Notes under the pieces: model-generated
What the model saw: only the letters and a program-made list of their open reading frames with translations
Told to the model about the DNA's origin: nothing
The model's database searches: none
IMG/VR virus record: IMGVR_UViG_3300032294_001063
Strand: one strand, 5' to 3'
Length of the DNA stretch: 64,000 nt
Source: an uncultured virus (IMG/VR IMGVR_UViG_3300032294_001063)
Taxonomy: Duplodnaviria > Heunggongvirae > Uroviricota > Caudoviricetes
Shown here: positions 1 through 10,960 of the stretch, piece by piece
How the letters are laid out: each line of letters begins with the position of its first letter
Position numbering within the stretch: position 1 is the first letter of the stretch
Program-made: the position numbers and the translations under genes

Positions 1-1
1 A

Positions 2-370
2 CCTACTAGCGGCAGCGGTTCTGGCTGGTCAGAACTAGACTTAGCCGCTTTAGAAGGAGAACTTTTTCTTTTAGGACATTGGAAAAATTACGATGAACTT
101 GAAGAAAATTTATCAATGCCAGAGCTTATATCAACTCTTAAAGCTTTAAAGAAAAGGGAACACGAAGAAAGAAAGTTCTTAGCATCTTTAAAGGGAGTAG
201 ATTTAGGTGAGTACGAAGAAGAGAGTAAAGAAGGTTCTAGTTTCGAAGAGATAGAATTGAGAGCAGCAGGAATACACGCTAATCCCAATGATGTCATTTC
301 ACTACAAGGAAGATTTGCAGCTCAAGCTGGATTCGGAATTGGAGAAGGACTAGGATACACCAAGGAGTAA
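2..370 (+). CDS. Tail assembly chaperone, frameshift-extension part (gpT-like)
   Basis: Frame open from nt 2 (PTSGSGSGWSELDLAALEGELFLLGHWKNYDELEENLS) into the tracked ORF at 116; immediately upstream of the tape measure gene. Confidence 0.7.
   Translation, partial: PTSGSGSGWSELDLAALEGELFLLGHWKNYDELEENLSMPELISTLKALKKREHEERKFLASLKGVDLGEYEEESKEGSSFEEIELRAAGIHANPNDVISLQGRFAAQAGFGIGEGLGYTKE
3..38 (+). CDS. 3' end of tail assembly chaperone (gpG-like), partial
   Basis: Frame 3 reads LLAAAVLAGQN* and overlaps the -1 frame ORF, just upstream of the tape measure gene. Confidence 0.55.
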   Translation, partial: LLAAAVLAGQN

Positions 371-381
371 TATAAACATAA

Positions 382-3300
382 ATGGCTGAAGAGACAATAA
401 GTACACGAATAGTCGCTAACGCTGACTTCTCAGCCCTTATCGCCGATGTGCATAGGGTTACTTCTAGTCTATCTAAATTACAAGAGCAATTAGCTAACTC
501 CAACAAGATGTTGGCAAACCAAATTGCCGTAATGAATAGATCGTTTTCTGACACCCTTAGAAGCACTGGACAGTACTCCACACACTTTGTAAGCTTGCAA
601 TCAGATGTTGAAAAATTTGGTAAAAATCTTGATGGCGGAAAACTTAAACTAAATCAATACTTTAACACATTTAGACAACATGCACAGCAATCTGGTGGGC
701 TTATAAGAGATTTAGCAAAACAACAAGTAGCCTTACAGAACTCAGTATTACAACCGCTAGGCAGAAATGCACAAGGACTTATGCAGTTCAATGTGCATGT
801 TCCAAGAGGTCTTGATGAGGTAAAAAATAAAACCGCTATAGCAAGACAAGAGCTTCAGATTATGAATAAGGTAATCCAGGATGGTGCTGGACAACTTATT
901 AACTGGGGTAAAAATACACAGTGGGCTGGTCGTCAGTTAACAGTTGGACTAACAGTTCCTTTGGTAGCTTTTGGAGCACAAGCAGCAAAAGCATTTAGAG
1001 AAGCAGATCAAGAGTTAGTTCGTTTAACTAAGGTGTACGGAGATGTTGCAGGTACCTCAGCAGCAGAGCTTGGTAGAGTTAGAGATGAAGTTGTACAAAC
1101 ATCAAAAGAAATTTCAGCAGCAATGGGTGTTAGCTTTAAAGAAACTATTGGATTAGCAGCAGATATTGCGGCAACTGGAAAAACAGGAGATGAGCTTTTA
1201 GGCTCAATTCAAGAAACAACCAGACTGGCAGTACTTGGTGAAGTAGATAGACAAGAAGCTATGAAAGCAACACTTGCAATTCAATCTGCATTTAAATCTA
1301 ATACAGACGAATTAGCACAATCAATTAACTTTCTTAACGCAGTTGAAAACCAAACATCAACAACTCTTAACGATTTAGTAGAAGCAATTCCTAAAGCTGG
1401 TCCAGTTGTTAAGGGGTTAGGCGGAAGCGTACAAGACTTAGCGCTGTACATGACAGCTATGCGAGAAGGTGGAATTAATGCTTCTGAAGGAGCAAACGCT
1501 CTAAAGTCTGCACTAGCATCTTTAATTAACCCAACAGATGTTGCTGTAGGTAAGTTTAAAACTTTAGGAATTGACTTACTTGGAATTGTAAATGATAATG
1601 CTGGCAATCTAACTGGAACTCTAATGGCGCTACAGGGCGCATTAGACAGACTAAATCCACTACAAAAGCAACAGGCTATTGAGCAGTTGTTTGGTAAGTT
1701 CCAGTTTTCAAGACTAAATGCTTTATTTGAAAACTTAGGTAGAGAAGGAAGTCAGACTCTACAGGTATTAGATTTAATGAAAGCATCAACTGCAGAACTA
1801 GCAGCTGTTGCTGATCGAGAATTAGCTGCTGTAACAGAGTCTGCATCTGGTAAATATCGCAGAGCAATAGAAAGCTTAAGAGCATCTTTAGCAGAAGTTG
1901 GAGAGCAATTTTTAAAGATTAATACAGTTCTTATTCAAGTAATCGATAAGGTTGTTCAATTTGCTAACAATTTGCCAGGTCCAGTAAAACAAGTACTGGC
2001 ATTGGCTGGTGGCTTTACAGCAGTAATTGGTCCAGTAATCATGCTAACTGGTGTACTTGCTAACTTCTTTGGTTATATTCTAAAGGGTATATTCCACATG
2101 AAGGCGTTCTTTAAAGGCGGAGAAGGATGGAAATATTTAACACCAGAAATGCTTGCTGCAGAAAAAGCAGGAAGATTAGTTGAGCAGTCTTTTTATAGTG
2201 ATGCTAAAGCAGCTGCAGTATTAAAACAAGCACTTGGTAATTTAATTGATGAATTTTCAATATTAGAAGCAAAAGCAAAGTCAGGAGCAATGGCTGTAAA
2301 TCCAGCAGTTTCAACAATGGCTGGTAATTTGGTTATGGCTGCAGGCGGACCTAGAGTCGTAAATCCAGATCACCCATTAGCGGGAACACAAGGAACAAGA
2401 GCAAGTTCTCATATGGTTCCAAGATCTGGAATGACAGAGGCGCAAAGACTACAACAGACTATGTTTGGCATGGTTCCAGGATCAATACCAGTAAATCAAA
2501 AAATTGGTCAAAACCCACAAATTTATATGAACGAGCCTCTGCCAAATGTTCCTGGAGTTACAACAGTAAATGGTGTATCTACAGGTATAGTTTCTGGAGA
2601 AGCAGCTAAATGGCATGCAATGATGGCTACTTTAGGAATGCAATCAAAAACAGAAATTGAAAATCTAAAAAGAACAATTGTGGCAACTGGCACCGTAAGC
2701 AAAGAGTTTATGATGCAGTTTGACGACATCCTTCCAGTTGTATCAAAACTTACTGATAACGCTGCTAGAGAATCTGCTTTAATTGTTGCAGAGCTACGTG
2801 CAGGAAAGATGACCGTAGAGACAGCTAAAGCAAAAATTATCGCTCTTAATCTAGAAACAGAAAGAATGATTGCTTCTGCAGTTCAGTCTCAAGCTGCTGC
2901 TATGGGAAGAACAATTAATCCAACAGTAGTTCCTACATTAAATCAGCCAGTTGTAGATGCTACTGGTAAATCTAATATGCGAGAATTATTTAAAAAGGGT
3001 AAAACAAGAGACTTTATTAATAAAATATCAGGGGTACTTGGTGTAAGAACATCTGGTGCTGGATATAATATAGAAACAACAATACCTAAAAAATTTAATC
3101 AAGGTAATATTGTTCCAGGAACTGGAAACACAGATACGGTTCCAGCAATGCTTACGCCAGGAGAATTTGTTGTAAACAAAGAAGCAACTGCAGCAAACTT
3201 GCCATTACTACAAGCAATTAATAATGGTCAACAATCTATGACAAGTGAATATAATGTGGGCGGAATTGTACAAGCATTTTTAAAGATGACTAAATTTGGC

Positions 3301-6300
3301 GGACAAAAGCCAATGGTTTCAAAAAATTTAATAGACAAAATGTTCCCAGGACGTTTAACATCTCGTGCAAATGCTCCATACTATGAGCCAAAGGGTAACG
3401 CTGGCGTTTTCGGTGGTAATGTTTCTGGTAGAAAGTTTTCTGCATCAACAGCAAAAATAAATAAAGATATGGAAACCGAAGGGGTAGACCCAAGAGTCCT
3501 GCTTGCTTCCATAAATGCAAGAGGCGGTGGATCAAGATTATCTACCGATGTATTTTTAGATGGTTTGGCAAACTCAGGTGTAATTTCAAAAGCAGAGAAA
3601 AGAAGACTTTCAAAGTTAATATTTAACTCTTACGCAAAAAGAATTATGTCAATGGATAAAGTTAATGACAGTAATAATCCAGTATATTCAACATCAGAAG
3701 CATTATTGAGAAAAGAGCTTGCTAGCAACCCGATAGGTCTGTCAGCTTGGGACCAGTGGTCACGATCCCCAGGAAGTTTTGCACATCCAACAAGAAGAAG
3801 TTCTACTGGGTTTTTAAATCAAATTCAAGTTGGTGGAAAGTCTATTAAGTTTTCAAACTTAGAGGCTTCAAAATCAAATAAATTTTATCATTCAAAAGAA
3901 GAATCAAATCCGTTTATAAAAATACTATCATCACTATTTTCTACAACAAAATTAAATAGAGGTGGTCCAGTAGGCAATATATTAAAGAGCACCGCATTTA
4001 AAAACCTAGGCGCAAGATTTGGCAAAATGGGAGACAAGTGGGGAGCAACTTCCTTATCTATTGGAATGGGAAGAAAGTTATTTGGAAGTTCTGGACTAAC
4101 TCCTAAAGCTCAAAATTTAATGTATGGAAAGCTAATTGAAAATCTTGAAAAAGAAAGACCATATGGCTATGTCAAAGATGCTCAGGGTAGACTTAAGAAT
4201 GCTCTAGAGCCAGATATTGTAGATACACTTATCAAGTCATCAGCTAGCGATGTACTTAGTTCAGGTGGAAAAAGCTTAAGCAGAATTGATAGAGAAATAT
4301 TAAGATCCAAATATGCAAACTGGGATTCAAAATCATGGACTCCGTCAACTTCTAAAATAAGAAAACAAATGTTTGGAATGAACAGTGGTGGAATGGTTCC
4401 AGGTGTTCAGTATCTAAATAATGGCGGAATGGTAAATGGAGTTCAGTATTTAAGAAGGGGTAGCAAGCGTCCAGTAGAGGCAGCACCATCTATGGGAAGC
4501 GGAATAGCTTCGTCATTTGGCGGTATGGGATTAATGGCCGCAGGATCAATGATTGGTGGCGGTGCTGGACAAGTAATGAGCAGTGCTGGTATGGCAATGA
4601 CATTTATGCCAATGCTATCAATGATACCTAAAGTCAATCTTCAATTAAGTGCAATGCAGAAAAAATTAGTAGAACCAATTGGACCATTAAATAAATTAAA
4701 TGCAGGAATATCTGGTAAGGCAAAGAATTTAACTGGACTTTCAAGAGCGTTTGGTCCAGTTCTTAGAGGACTTTCTTTATTAACTCGTGCATTTAGCCCA
4801 CTTGGAATTGCTCTTACTGCAAGCATATTTGGAGTAAGAAAGTTAATTGAAATTTATAAAGAAAATCAAGAACAACTTCGTATTAATAGGCTAGAATATG
4901 GAATGTCATCTGATGCCATTAAAAAAGCTGGATACTCAATAACAGATTATGGCGCTAATATAAAGAAGGCTATAGAAGATTCTAAGGCATTGCAAGAAAG
5001 AAATAAAATGCTTTATGAAAGCATGTTCCAGGCAAACATTCCAATAAAGATGACAATTGCAGAATATAAAAAGCTTCGTGAAGAAACAAAGAAGAAGATG
5101 CCAGACCTAATTGAATTGTTTAATCAAAAGGGTAATGCTGATGTTGCAACAACTGCGACAAGATTAAAGGCACAGTTCATGTCACTTGGAGACAATATTG
5201 AAACAGCAACAGCTAAAGTTTATGCACTTATGGCTCAATCAAATAAAGCACAAATGGCAGCTGGAGCCATTGGAACAAAGGGATTTGCATCAATAAAAAC
5301 AGCAGTTGATGCAGCAGTATCTTCAGCAGGAAGCTTTGACGATGCAATGACAAGTGGTGACTCTAAGGCCGCTGCAGACTCTCTAATGATTGCCTTTGAA
5401 GGAATTGGAAATGCAATAAAAGATAATGCAAAAACAAACAAATTAGAATTTGGCGATTCAATGGATCAGGTATTAAAGAAGATGGTTGCATCTGGCAAGG
5501 GTCAGGTAACAATTAATCAATCTGTTCTAAATGAATTAAAGAAGCAAAATCCTGAACTCGCTAAGATATTAAATTCTACAGACACTGCTACATCGGCATG
5601 GTCTAAGTACCAGCTTGCCCTACAAGGAGTAAATCTAGACCTACAAACTCTTTCTGGATCTGCTGCTAATGCTGCATTAAAATTACAGTCTCTAGTTGTT
5701 TCTAATACTACAGCTACTCTTAAGAATACTGCTGGTATTAAAGAACAGTATGCAAAATATGAAGGACTTCAAAAGAGAATTAAAGACTTGCAAAAGGCTG
5801 CAATGGGTCAATCTGCTAGACAGCAAATTGATAGCCGAAAAACAATAGAGGGACTTAATGAGCAGATTAAAAAGATTAAGGATGCTGCTGATGCTAAAAT
5901 TAAGGCTCTTCGTGCTCAAAGCCAAGCAGAAAACGATAACTTAGAATTACAAAAATTACAATTAGAATATCAACAAGCTATTGCCCGTGGTGATCAAGAT
6001 GCTGCTGCGAGATCTCAAATTGCTATTCAGCAACTTACAAATCAAGTTCAAACTAAAAAAGCAGAAGAATCAATTATCGCTAAAGCCGAACTTGAAATTA
6101 AACCACTTCAGGCACAAATCGACAAGCTTGGTAAAAAGAATCAAGAGTTGGCAGATAAGGCAGCCCTTGCGGGAGAAAGTTTGTCTAGACTTCAAGCACA
6201 GGCTGATGGGCTTAAAGAAAAGTTATCTGGTTTAGAAAAAGCATTATCTTCAGCAGCCTTTAATAAGCTTATAATGGGTGACGCTTATGAAGGAAGTAGT

Positions 6301-7104
6301 CAACAAAAAACAGATTTAGCTGGAATAGAATCATTTAATACTGCCCTTGGAGCACCAAAGTCTGTTGAAAAGGTAATTCCAAAGGGTGCAAAAGCAAGAC
6401 ACAGAATTCCAGAAACATTCTCTGATACTCCAGGAGGTGCAAAAGATTTACTAGATAAATCTGTAAAACAAATGACTGTGCAGGCTTCAGTTGTAAATCT
6501 TATTGGAGACATTAAAAACGCTGGAACTACAAACACTGGAATGCCTACTAATCTGCAAGGTGATAGAACAAGCAAGTCTAATCCTTTACAAGTTCCTACT
6601 AGCAGCATTTCTGCTAATTTAGTCCGTGAAGATGGAGAGCTTTCTGATAAAGGTGAGGCAAGCATTATATCTAGCCTTAAATTAGAAAAGGGTCAGTTCT
6701 TTAAATTTAATGGAAAGACCTATGAGGTTTTAAGAACTGGATGGGGATTTGGAGACAGAGCAAGGCCAGTTGGCAGATCACTTGGTGGACCAGTAACTCC
6801 TGGTAGAAAGTATTTAGTAAATGATAGAATAAATGCATTAGGTGCTCAGCAAGAAGTCTTTATGCCTACAATGCCAGGAGTAATAAAGCCTAATATTGAT
6901 ACAGCATTTAATATACCATCACAACAAAATGTTAAAATTCCAAACATTTCAAACAGTCCAAATAGCAATAATACATATAATATTGATATTGAGCTAAATG
7001 GAACAACGGTTACAGCAGATGACGTTATGAAGGCCCTTGAGTCTAAGATGAAATTGGTTGGTGCTACACTAGGTAGACCAATAAATGTAGGAGGTAAGTA
7101 CTAA
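382..7104 (+). CDS. Tape measure protein
   Basis: 2240 aa, Ala/Gly-rich helical; TP901-type core (FREADQELVRLTKVYG...ASEGANALKS); hydrophobic segments; GNTDTVPAMLTPGEFVV motif. Confidence 0.95.
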   Translation: MAEETISTRIVANADFSALIADVHRVTSSLSKLQEQLANSNKMLANQIAVMNRSFSDTLRSTGQYSTHFVSLQSDVEKFGKNLDGGKLKLNQYFNTFRQHAQQSGGLIRDLAKQQVALQNSVLQPLGRNAQGLMQFNVHVPRGLDEVKNKTAIARQELQIMNKVIQDGAGQLINWGKNTQWAGRQLTVGLTVPLVAFGAQAAKAFREADQELVRLTKVYGDVAGTSAAELGRVRDEVVQTSKEISAAMGVSFKETIGLAADIAATGKTGDELLGSIQETTRLAVLGEVDRQEAMKATLAIQSAFKSNTDELAQSINFLNAVENQTSTTLNDLVEAIPKAGPVVKGLGGSVQDLALYMTAMREGGINASEGANALKSALASLINPTDVAVGKFKTLGIDLLGIVNDNAGNLTGTLMALQGALDRLNPLQKQQAIEQLFGKFQFSRLNALFENLGREGSQTLQVLDLMKASTAELAAVADRELAAVTESASGKYRRAIESLRASLAEVGEQFLKINTVLIQVIDKVVQFANNLPGPVKQVLALAGGFTAVIGPVIMLTGVLANFFGYILKGIFHMKAFFKGGEGWKYLTPEMLAAEKAGRLVEQSFYSDAKAAAVLKQALGNLIDEFSILEAKAKSGAMAVNPAVSTMAGNLVMAAGGPRVVNPDHPLAGTQGTRASSHMVPRSGMTEAQRLQQTMFGMVPGSIPVNQKIGQNPQIYMNEPLPNVPGVTTVNGVSTGIVSGEAAKWHAMMATLGMQSKTEIENLKRTIVATGTVSKEFMMQFDDILPVVSKLTDNAARESALIVAELRAGKMTVETAKAKIIALNLETERMIASAVQSQAAAMGRTINPTVVPTLNQPVVDATGKSNMRELFKKGKTRDFINKISGVLGVRTSGAGYNIETTIPKKFNQGNIVPGTGNTDTVPAMLTPGEFVVNKEATAANLPLLQAINNGQQSMTSEYNVGGIVQAFLKMTKFGGQKPMVSKNLIDKMFPGRLTSRANAPYYEPKGNAGVFGGNVSGRKFSASTAKINKDMETEGVDPRVLLASINARGGGSRLSTDVFLDGLANSGVISKAEKRRLSKLIFNSYAKRIMSMDKVNDSNNPVYSTSEALLRKELASNPIGLSAWDQWSRSPGSFAHPTRRSSTGFLNQIQVGGKSIKFSNLEASKSNKFYHSKEESNPFIKILSSLFSTTKLNRGGPVGNILKSTAFKNLGARFGKMGDKWGATSLSIGMGRKLFGSSGLTPKAQNLMYGKLIENLEKERPYGYVKDAQGRLKNALEPDIVDTLIKSSASDVLSSGGKSLSRIDREILRSKYANWDSKSWTPSTSKIRKQMFGMNSGGMVPGVQYLNNGGMVNGVQYLRRGSKRPVEAAPSMGSGIASSFGGMGLMAAGSMIGGGAGQVMSSAGMAMTFMPMLSMIPKVNLQLSAMQKKLVEPIGPLNKLNAGISGKAKNLTGLSRAFGPVLRGLSLLTRAFSPLGIALTASIFGVRKLIEIYKENQEQLRINRLEYGMSSDAIKKAGYSITDYGANIKKAIEDSKALQERNKMLYESMFQANIPIKMTIAEYKKLREETKKKMPDLIELFNQKGNADVATTATRLKAQFMSLGDNIETATAKVYALMAQSNKAQMAAGAIGTKGFASIKTAVDAAVSSAGSFDDAMTSGDSKAAADSLMIAFEGIGNAIKDNAKTNKLEFGDSMDQVLKKMVASGKGQVTINQSVLNELKKQNPELAKILNSTDTATSAWSKYQLALQGVNLDLQTLSGSAANAALKLQSLVVSNTTATLKNTAGIKEQYAKYEGLQKRIKDLQKAAMGQSARQQIDSRKTIEGLNEQIKKIKDAADAKIKALRAQSQAENDNLELQKLQLEYQQAIARGDQDAAARSQIAIQQLTNQVQTKKAEESIIAKAELEIKPLQAQIDKLGKKNQELADKAALAGESLSRLQAQADGLKEKLSGLEKALSSAAFNKLIMGDAYEGSSQQKTDLAGIESFNTALGAPKSVEKVIPKGAKARHRIPETFSDTPGGAKDLLDKSVKQMTVQASVVNLIGDIKNAGTTNTGMPTNLQGDRTSKSNPLQVPTSSISANLVREDGELSDKGEASIISSLKLEKGQFFKFNGKTYEVLRTGWGFGDRARPVGRSLGGPVTPGRKYLVNDRINALGAQQEVFMPTMPGVIKPNIDTAFNIPSQQNVKIPNISNSPNSNNTYNIDIELNGTTVTADDVMKALESKMKLVGATLGRPINVGGKY

Positions 7105-7577
7105 TGCCAGCTTTATCTTTACCTAGAGGCTCCGTTCTTTGGATAGAAGCCAAAGACCTACTTGCCACTCCAGCTGGCACAACTAAAATTTGGAACAAGG
7201 TTACCGAGCATAATAGAAGCCCGCTAGAAATTAATATTGAAAGAATTGAAATGGCAACTAGAACATCTAATGGAACACTTAGAAAAAATCATATTGCTGA
7301 TAAGAGGAGTTTTTCTATGTCATGGGAAATGCTACCTTCGTATAGAAGTTTAACAGTAGATGGCGGTTGGGGGGCAGAAGACCTAAGAGAATTCTACCTT
7401 AGCGATGACGGAAAGAAATCATTTAACATCAGAATTAACTTGGCAAAAACAGGATCCGATCAATCTTCTTCAGGATATGAATCATATACAGTTGCTCTTA
7501 GTGAATGTAGCTTTAGTGTAGTTAAAAGAGGCACACAGCCACACTGGAATGTTTCTTTAACAATGGATGAAATCTAA
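7104..7577 (+). CDS. Minor tail protein (distal-tail-like)
   Basis: Follows TMP with TAATG overlap; beta-rich 157 aa. Confidence 0.7.
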   Translation: MPALSLPRGSVLWIEAKDLLATPAGTTKIWNKVTEHNRSPLEINIERIEMATRTSNGTLRKNHIADKRSFSMSWEMLPSYRSLTVDGGWGAEDLREFYLSDDGKKSFNIRINLAKTGSDQSSSGYESYTVALSECSFSVVKRGTQPHWNVSLTMDEI

Positions 7578-9706
7578 TGATATCTGCCTCAAATTCTCTT
7601 AAAACATTATTAGAGCAACAGTCTACAATTATAATAAATGCTGGATGCACAGTAGAATATAATATGAATATTCTGGTAGACAACATTGTTGTATCTGGTG
7701 CAGATATCAGCAGAACAGATTCTGCAAATAACGTATACTATCCATTTAAAAAATTATTTCCAGTAGATTCTGTGGTCAAGCAAAACAGGCCAATAAAGGC
7801 TGGAATCAAATATGCTATCGTTGGTGACGTTGGGTTAAATACTTATAGAAATCCAAAAAGTAGTGAGTATGCTTTAAGCTATAGGACATATTATCCTGGA
7901 GCAGAGTCTACTTATAAATATTATGTTTCAGATAAAGGCACTGGTCTTGATGTAACGGCTACATATCCAAAAACAATATTAACAAATAAAATAGTTGTTA
8001 GATTTGAGCTAGGCCACTCTACTCCATCTACATGGACTATATATAGCGGGGCAACACAATTAGCAACAGGCACAAGTGCCGATATAAAATCTTTTGGGAG
8101 CCCAGATGCAGGCACAGTAACAATTTATTATAATGGAACATCCTGGGTAAAAACAGAACCTACTTCTATTTCAACACCTATTAATATGACAAGTCTTAGA
8201 GTAACTACTTCTGGGGTTAGCGGTAAATATATTGGTCTTATTGAAATGTCTCCTAGATGGGTAAAAGACATTACTGATAGGGTTGTAGATTTTGATATTA
8301 CAAAAGAAACTTCTAGCGGATCAGACGATATACTTCCAGTAGGATCTGTAACAGCAAACTCTTTAAGTTTATCGGCAGTATCATATGAGGACCCAAGAGA
8401 TGTCGTATCTTTTGATAAAACTATGTCTTTTAATTCTGCAAAAACTTATATGTATAAGGGAATAGAGATGTCTCCTTATTTTAAAATATACCATACAGAT
8501 GGTGCGTTAACAGATTCTTCTGGAAAATACGATAAGATTAGTCAAGGATTATTTTATGTAGATAGCTGGTCAATATCAGAATTTGGAAACATTTCTGTAA
8601 CGGCCCTTGATGGGGCAAGAATTTTACAGCAGATGATCGCACCTAGCATAGTTTGTAAAGACTATACAACGGTAGCAATTGTAAGAACATTGCTGGATAA
8701 TATTGGATTTACTAATTATAATTTTAATATTACATCTACAGATACATCAATATTTTCACCAAGATACTGGTGGACGGATGATGGTGGAACAGTATGGGAT
8801 TCAATACAAAGACTGTGCAGAGATTCCCAAATGGTTGCTGTGTTTGATGAAAACAACGTATTACAATTTTATACTAGAGAGTATTTGTTTAGTACAGTTG
8901 GAAAAACACCTTTAGAATTTAGATATAGCGCTAGCGGAAGTAATCTGCCAAATATTCTATCTCTAGAAAAACAAGATTTGCCATCAGCCAATCAGGTAAA
9001 GGTTTTATGGAAAAGCGTTACTACAAATAACTATACTGGTAACTCGCAGCCTATATGGGCATCTAATGAGAGAAATCTAGGAGCACTTTCTTTAGAAGGG
9101 GACATGGCCGCAATACCTGGGCAAACCACTGGCCCGTATGACCTATCTGGAACCAACACTTATATTAAATTAAATTTAGTTGTTGCAAACGATGCTCTTA
9201 AAAGTAATATTTTAAATGAATATAGCGGATATCTTATAATTGATTCAGAGATTATAGAGTACGATGCAATACAATATGAATATAAAGATCTATCTGGCGT
9301 AACGCAAACTAAGGATATTACAAGCGGTTCAGAAGCACTAAAGTATCTTGGATTAAGTCAGCCAGGAGCAAGCAATTATCAGCCAAATGGAAAGTATAGA
9401 ATAAAAACAAGAGGCGCATTTGGAACAAAAATAGTTGCACACTATAAACAGGAAAACATATTAAATTCTTGGGCAGGATACGACACAGTATGGAGTGAGG
9501 CTAGTGGATCTACCCCAGTTTTAACAAATGTCGCTAGCGTAACTGCTACAGTTTCTACAACTCAGGTTCCCACAGACTCCCCATTTGATTCTAATGCATA
9601 TATACAAAGCTTAACTTCTCAAGGCTGGTCTCAATCCGATGCTGCTTCTTCTGCCAGATATGCCGCTCAGGCAGAGTACTGGTATCGTACGTTAGGAATA
9701 AGATAA
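7577..9706 (+). CDS. Tail protein (baseplate/hub-like)
   Basis: 709 aa; position in tail module; VWDSIQRLCRDSQMVAVFDENNVLQF resembles a hub domain. Confidence 0.7.
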   Translation: MISASNSLKTLLEQQSTIIINAGCTVEYNMNILVDNIVVSGADISRTDSANNVYYPFKKLFPVDSVVKQNRPIKAGIKYAIVGDVGLNTYRNPKSSEYALSYRTYYPGAESTYKYYVSDKGTGLDVTATYPKTILTNKIVVRFELGHSTPSTWTIYSGATQLATGTSADIKSFGSPDAGTVTIYYNGTSWVKTEPTSISTPINMTSLRVTTSGVSGKYIGLIEMSPRWVKDITDRVVDFDITKETSSGSDDILPVGSVTANSLSLSAVSYEDPRDVVSFDKTMSFNSAKTYMYKGIEMSPYFKIYHTDGALTDSSGKYDKISQGLFYVDSWSISEFGNISVTALDGARILQQMIAPSIVCKDYTTVAIVRTLLDNIGFTNYNFNITSTDTSIFSPRYWWTDDGGTVWDSIQRLCRDSQMVAVFDENNVLQFYTREYLFSTVGKTPLEFRYSASGSNLPNILSLEKQDLPSANQVKVLWKSVTTNNYTGNSQPIWASNERNLGALSLEGDMAAIPGQTTGPYDLSGTNTYIKLNLVVANDALKSNILNEYSGYLIIDSEIIEYDAIQYEYKDLSGVTQTKDITSGSEALKYLGLSQPGASNYQPNGKYRIKTRGAFGTKIVAHYKQENILNSWAGYDTVWSEASGSTPVLTNVASVTATVSTTQVPTDSPFDSNAYIQSLTSQGWSQSDAASSARYAAQAEYWYRTLGIR

Positions 9707-10941
9707 TGAGTAATCAGAGATCAATTCAAACATCATTATTTTCTTTAACAAATAATAGCACAAATCCAAATCAACATTCTGTTGCAGTTAAGAGTTCTGG
9801 AATATCAACCTCTTATTCACACTATGCGTTTGGAACAGCGATGTTTTTTCCAGGCACAGTTAATGATGTTGTTAGCTCTGGAGGACTAGGTTTTTTTACT
9901 AGCTCAAATGGAAATACTGGTTATTATGTTTCAGTACAAACAACCACTCATTTATCTGATACAGCAGATAAAGAAATAAAAATTTATAAGGTTGTCAATG
10001 GCAAGAAGACTATATTGGCAGATAGCCAATCTACCCCATCAAAAACATTAACTGGAATATTGGCTGGAACAGTATATAAACTAGATGTAAATGTTTCTGT
10101 AGGAGCCTCTTCTGTAACAATTGATGCTTATGTAAATAGCTATAAGATAACTACAACAGATAGCTCTTCTCCACTAAGTAAAACAAACAACGTGGCCATG
10201 TTTGCAAATAGTGGTAAGGTTAACTATGACTATATATATGCTGCTCCAATAACTGAAGATCAATATCAAAGTGGAATTATGCAAAACGTGTATGAGGGTA
10301 AATATGGCCCTAAAACTCTTAGCTTCTTATTCGGAGATAAACTTATTGAGAATAAAAATATTTCTTCTGGACAAACTGCATGGCTAGAGGAGTTTGGAAC
10401 AACTGCTAGAGAGCTAAAGCAAATAAAAATTAAATATCAAGATAGGCCAGCAGACCCTCTGTTTGCCACAGTTGGAATTAATAAGCTAGCATCTATTTTA
10501 GGACAAAGACTTACCTCATTTGGAGCAGAGGTTTTTGTTTTAAATAATTCTGGAATGATGATCCCATTGTCGGACGGCAACCTATATTCATTTGCAATAG
10601 TCGGAAACTCTATAACAATTTCTGGAGAGCACGAATACACCTCTAATACATTAAGCGACACAACAAATCCAGAGCCAGTGGTTTTTGAAACTGCATGGAT
10701 TCAAAGAGAAGATGATGCTAAAAATTTAGGCACATGGATACAGTCTCAGTGGTCCAAGCAGCAACGTGTTATTGAGATGGAAATATTTAGCAATCCTCTA
10801 ATATCGGTTGGAGATATTATTACTATAAACTATCCAAAAAATGATTTGGACGGTACACAAAAATTTGTTGTAACAAGGGTAACAAACTCATTTAAAGAAG
10901 GGTTAAGTACTAGCATATCAGCACGTTCTATTTATAGCTGA
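9706..10941 (+). CDS. Tail protein
   Basis: 411 aa; C-terminal NPLISVGDIITI hub-like motif. Confidence 0.65.
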   Translation: MSNQRSIQTSLFSLTNNSTNPNQHSVAVKSSGISTSYSHYAFGTAMFFPGTVNDVVSSGGLGFFTSSNGNTGYYVSVQTTTHLSDTADKEIKIYKVVNGKKTILADSQSTPSKTLTGILAGTVYKLDVNVSVGASSVTIDAYVNSYKITTTDSSSPLSKTNNVAMFANSGKVNYDYIYAAPITEDQYQSGIMQNVYEGKYGPKTLSFLFGDKLIENKNISSGQTAWLEEFGTTARELKQIKIKYQDRPADPLFATVGINKLASILGQRLTSFGAEVFVLNNSGMMIPLSDGNLYSFAIVGNSITISGEHEYTSNTLSDTTNPEPVVFETAWIQREDDAKNLGTWIQSQWSKQQRVIEMEIFSNPLISVGDIITINYPKNDLDGTQKFVVTRVTNSFKEGLSTSISARSIYS

Positions 10942-10960
10942 TAAATGGTATAATAAAAAT

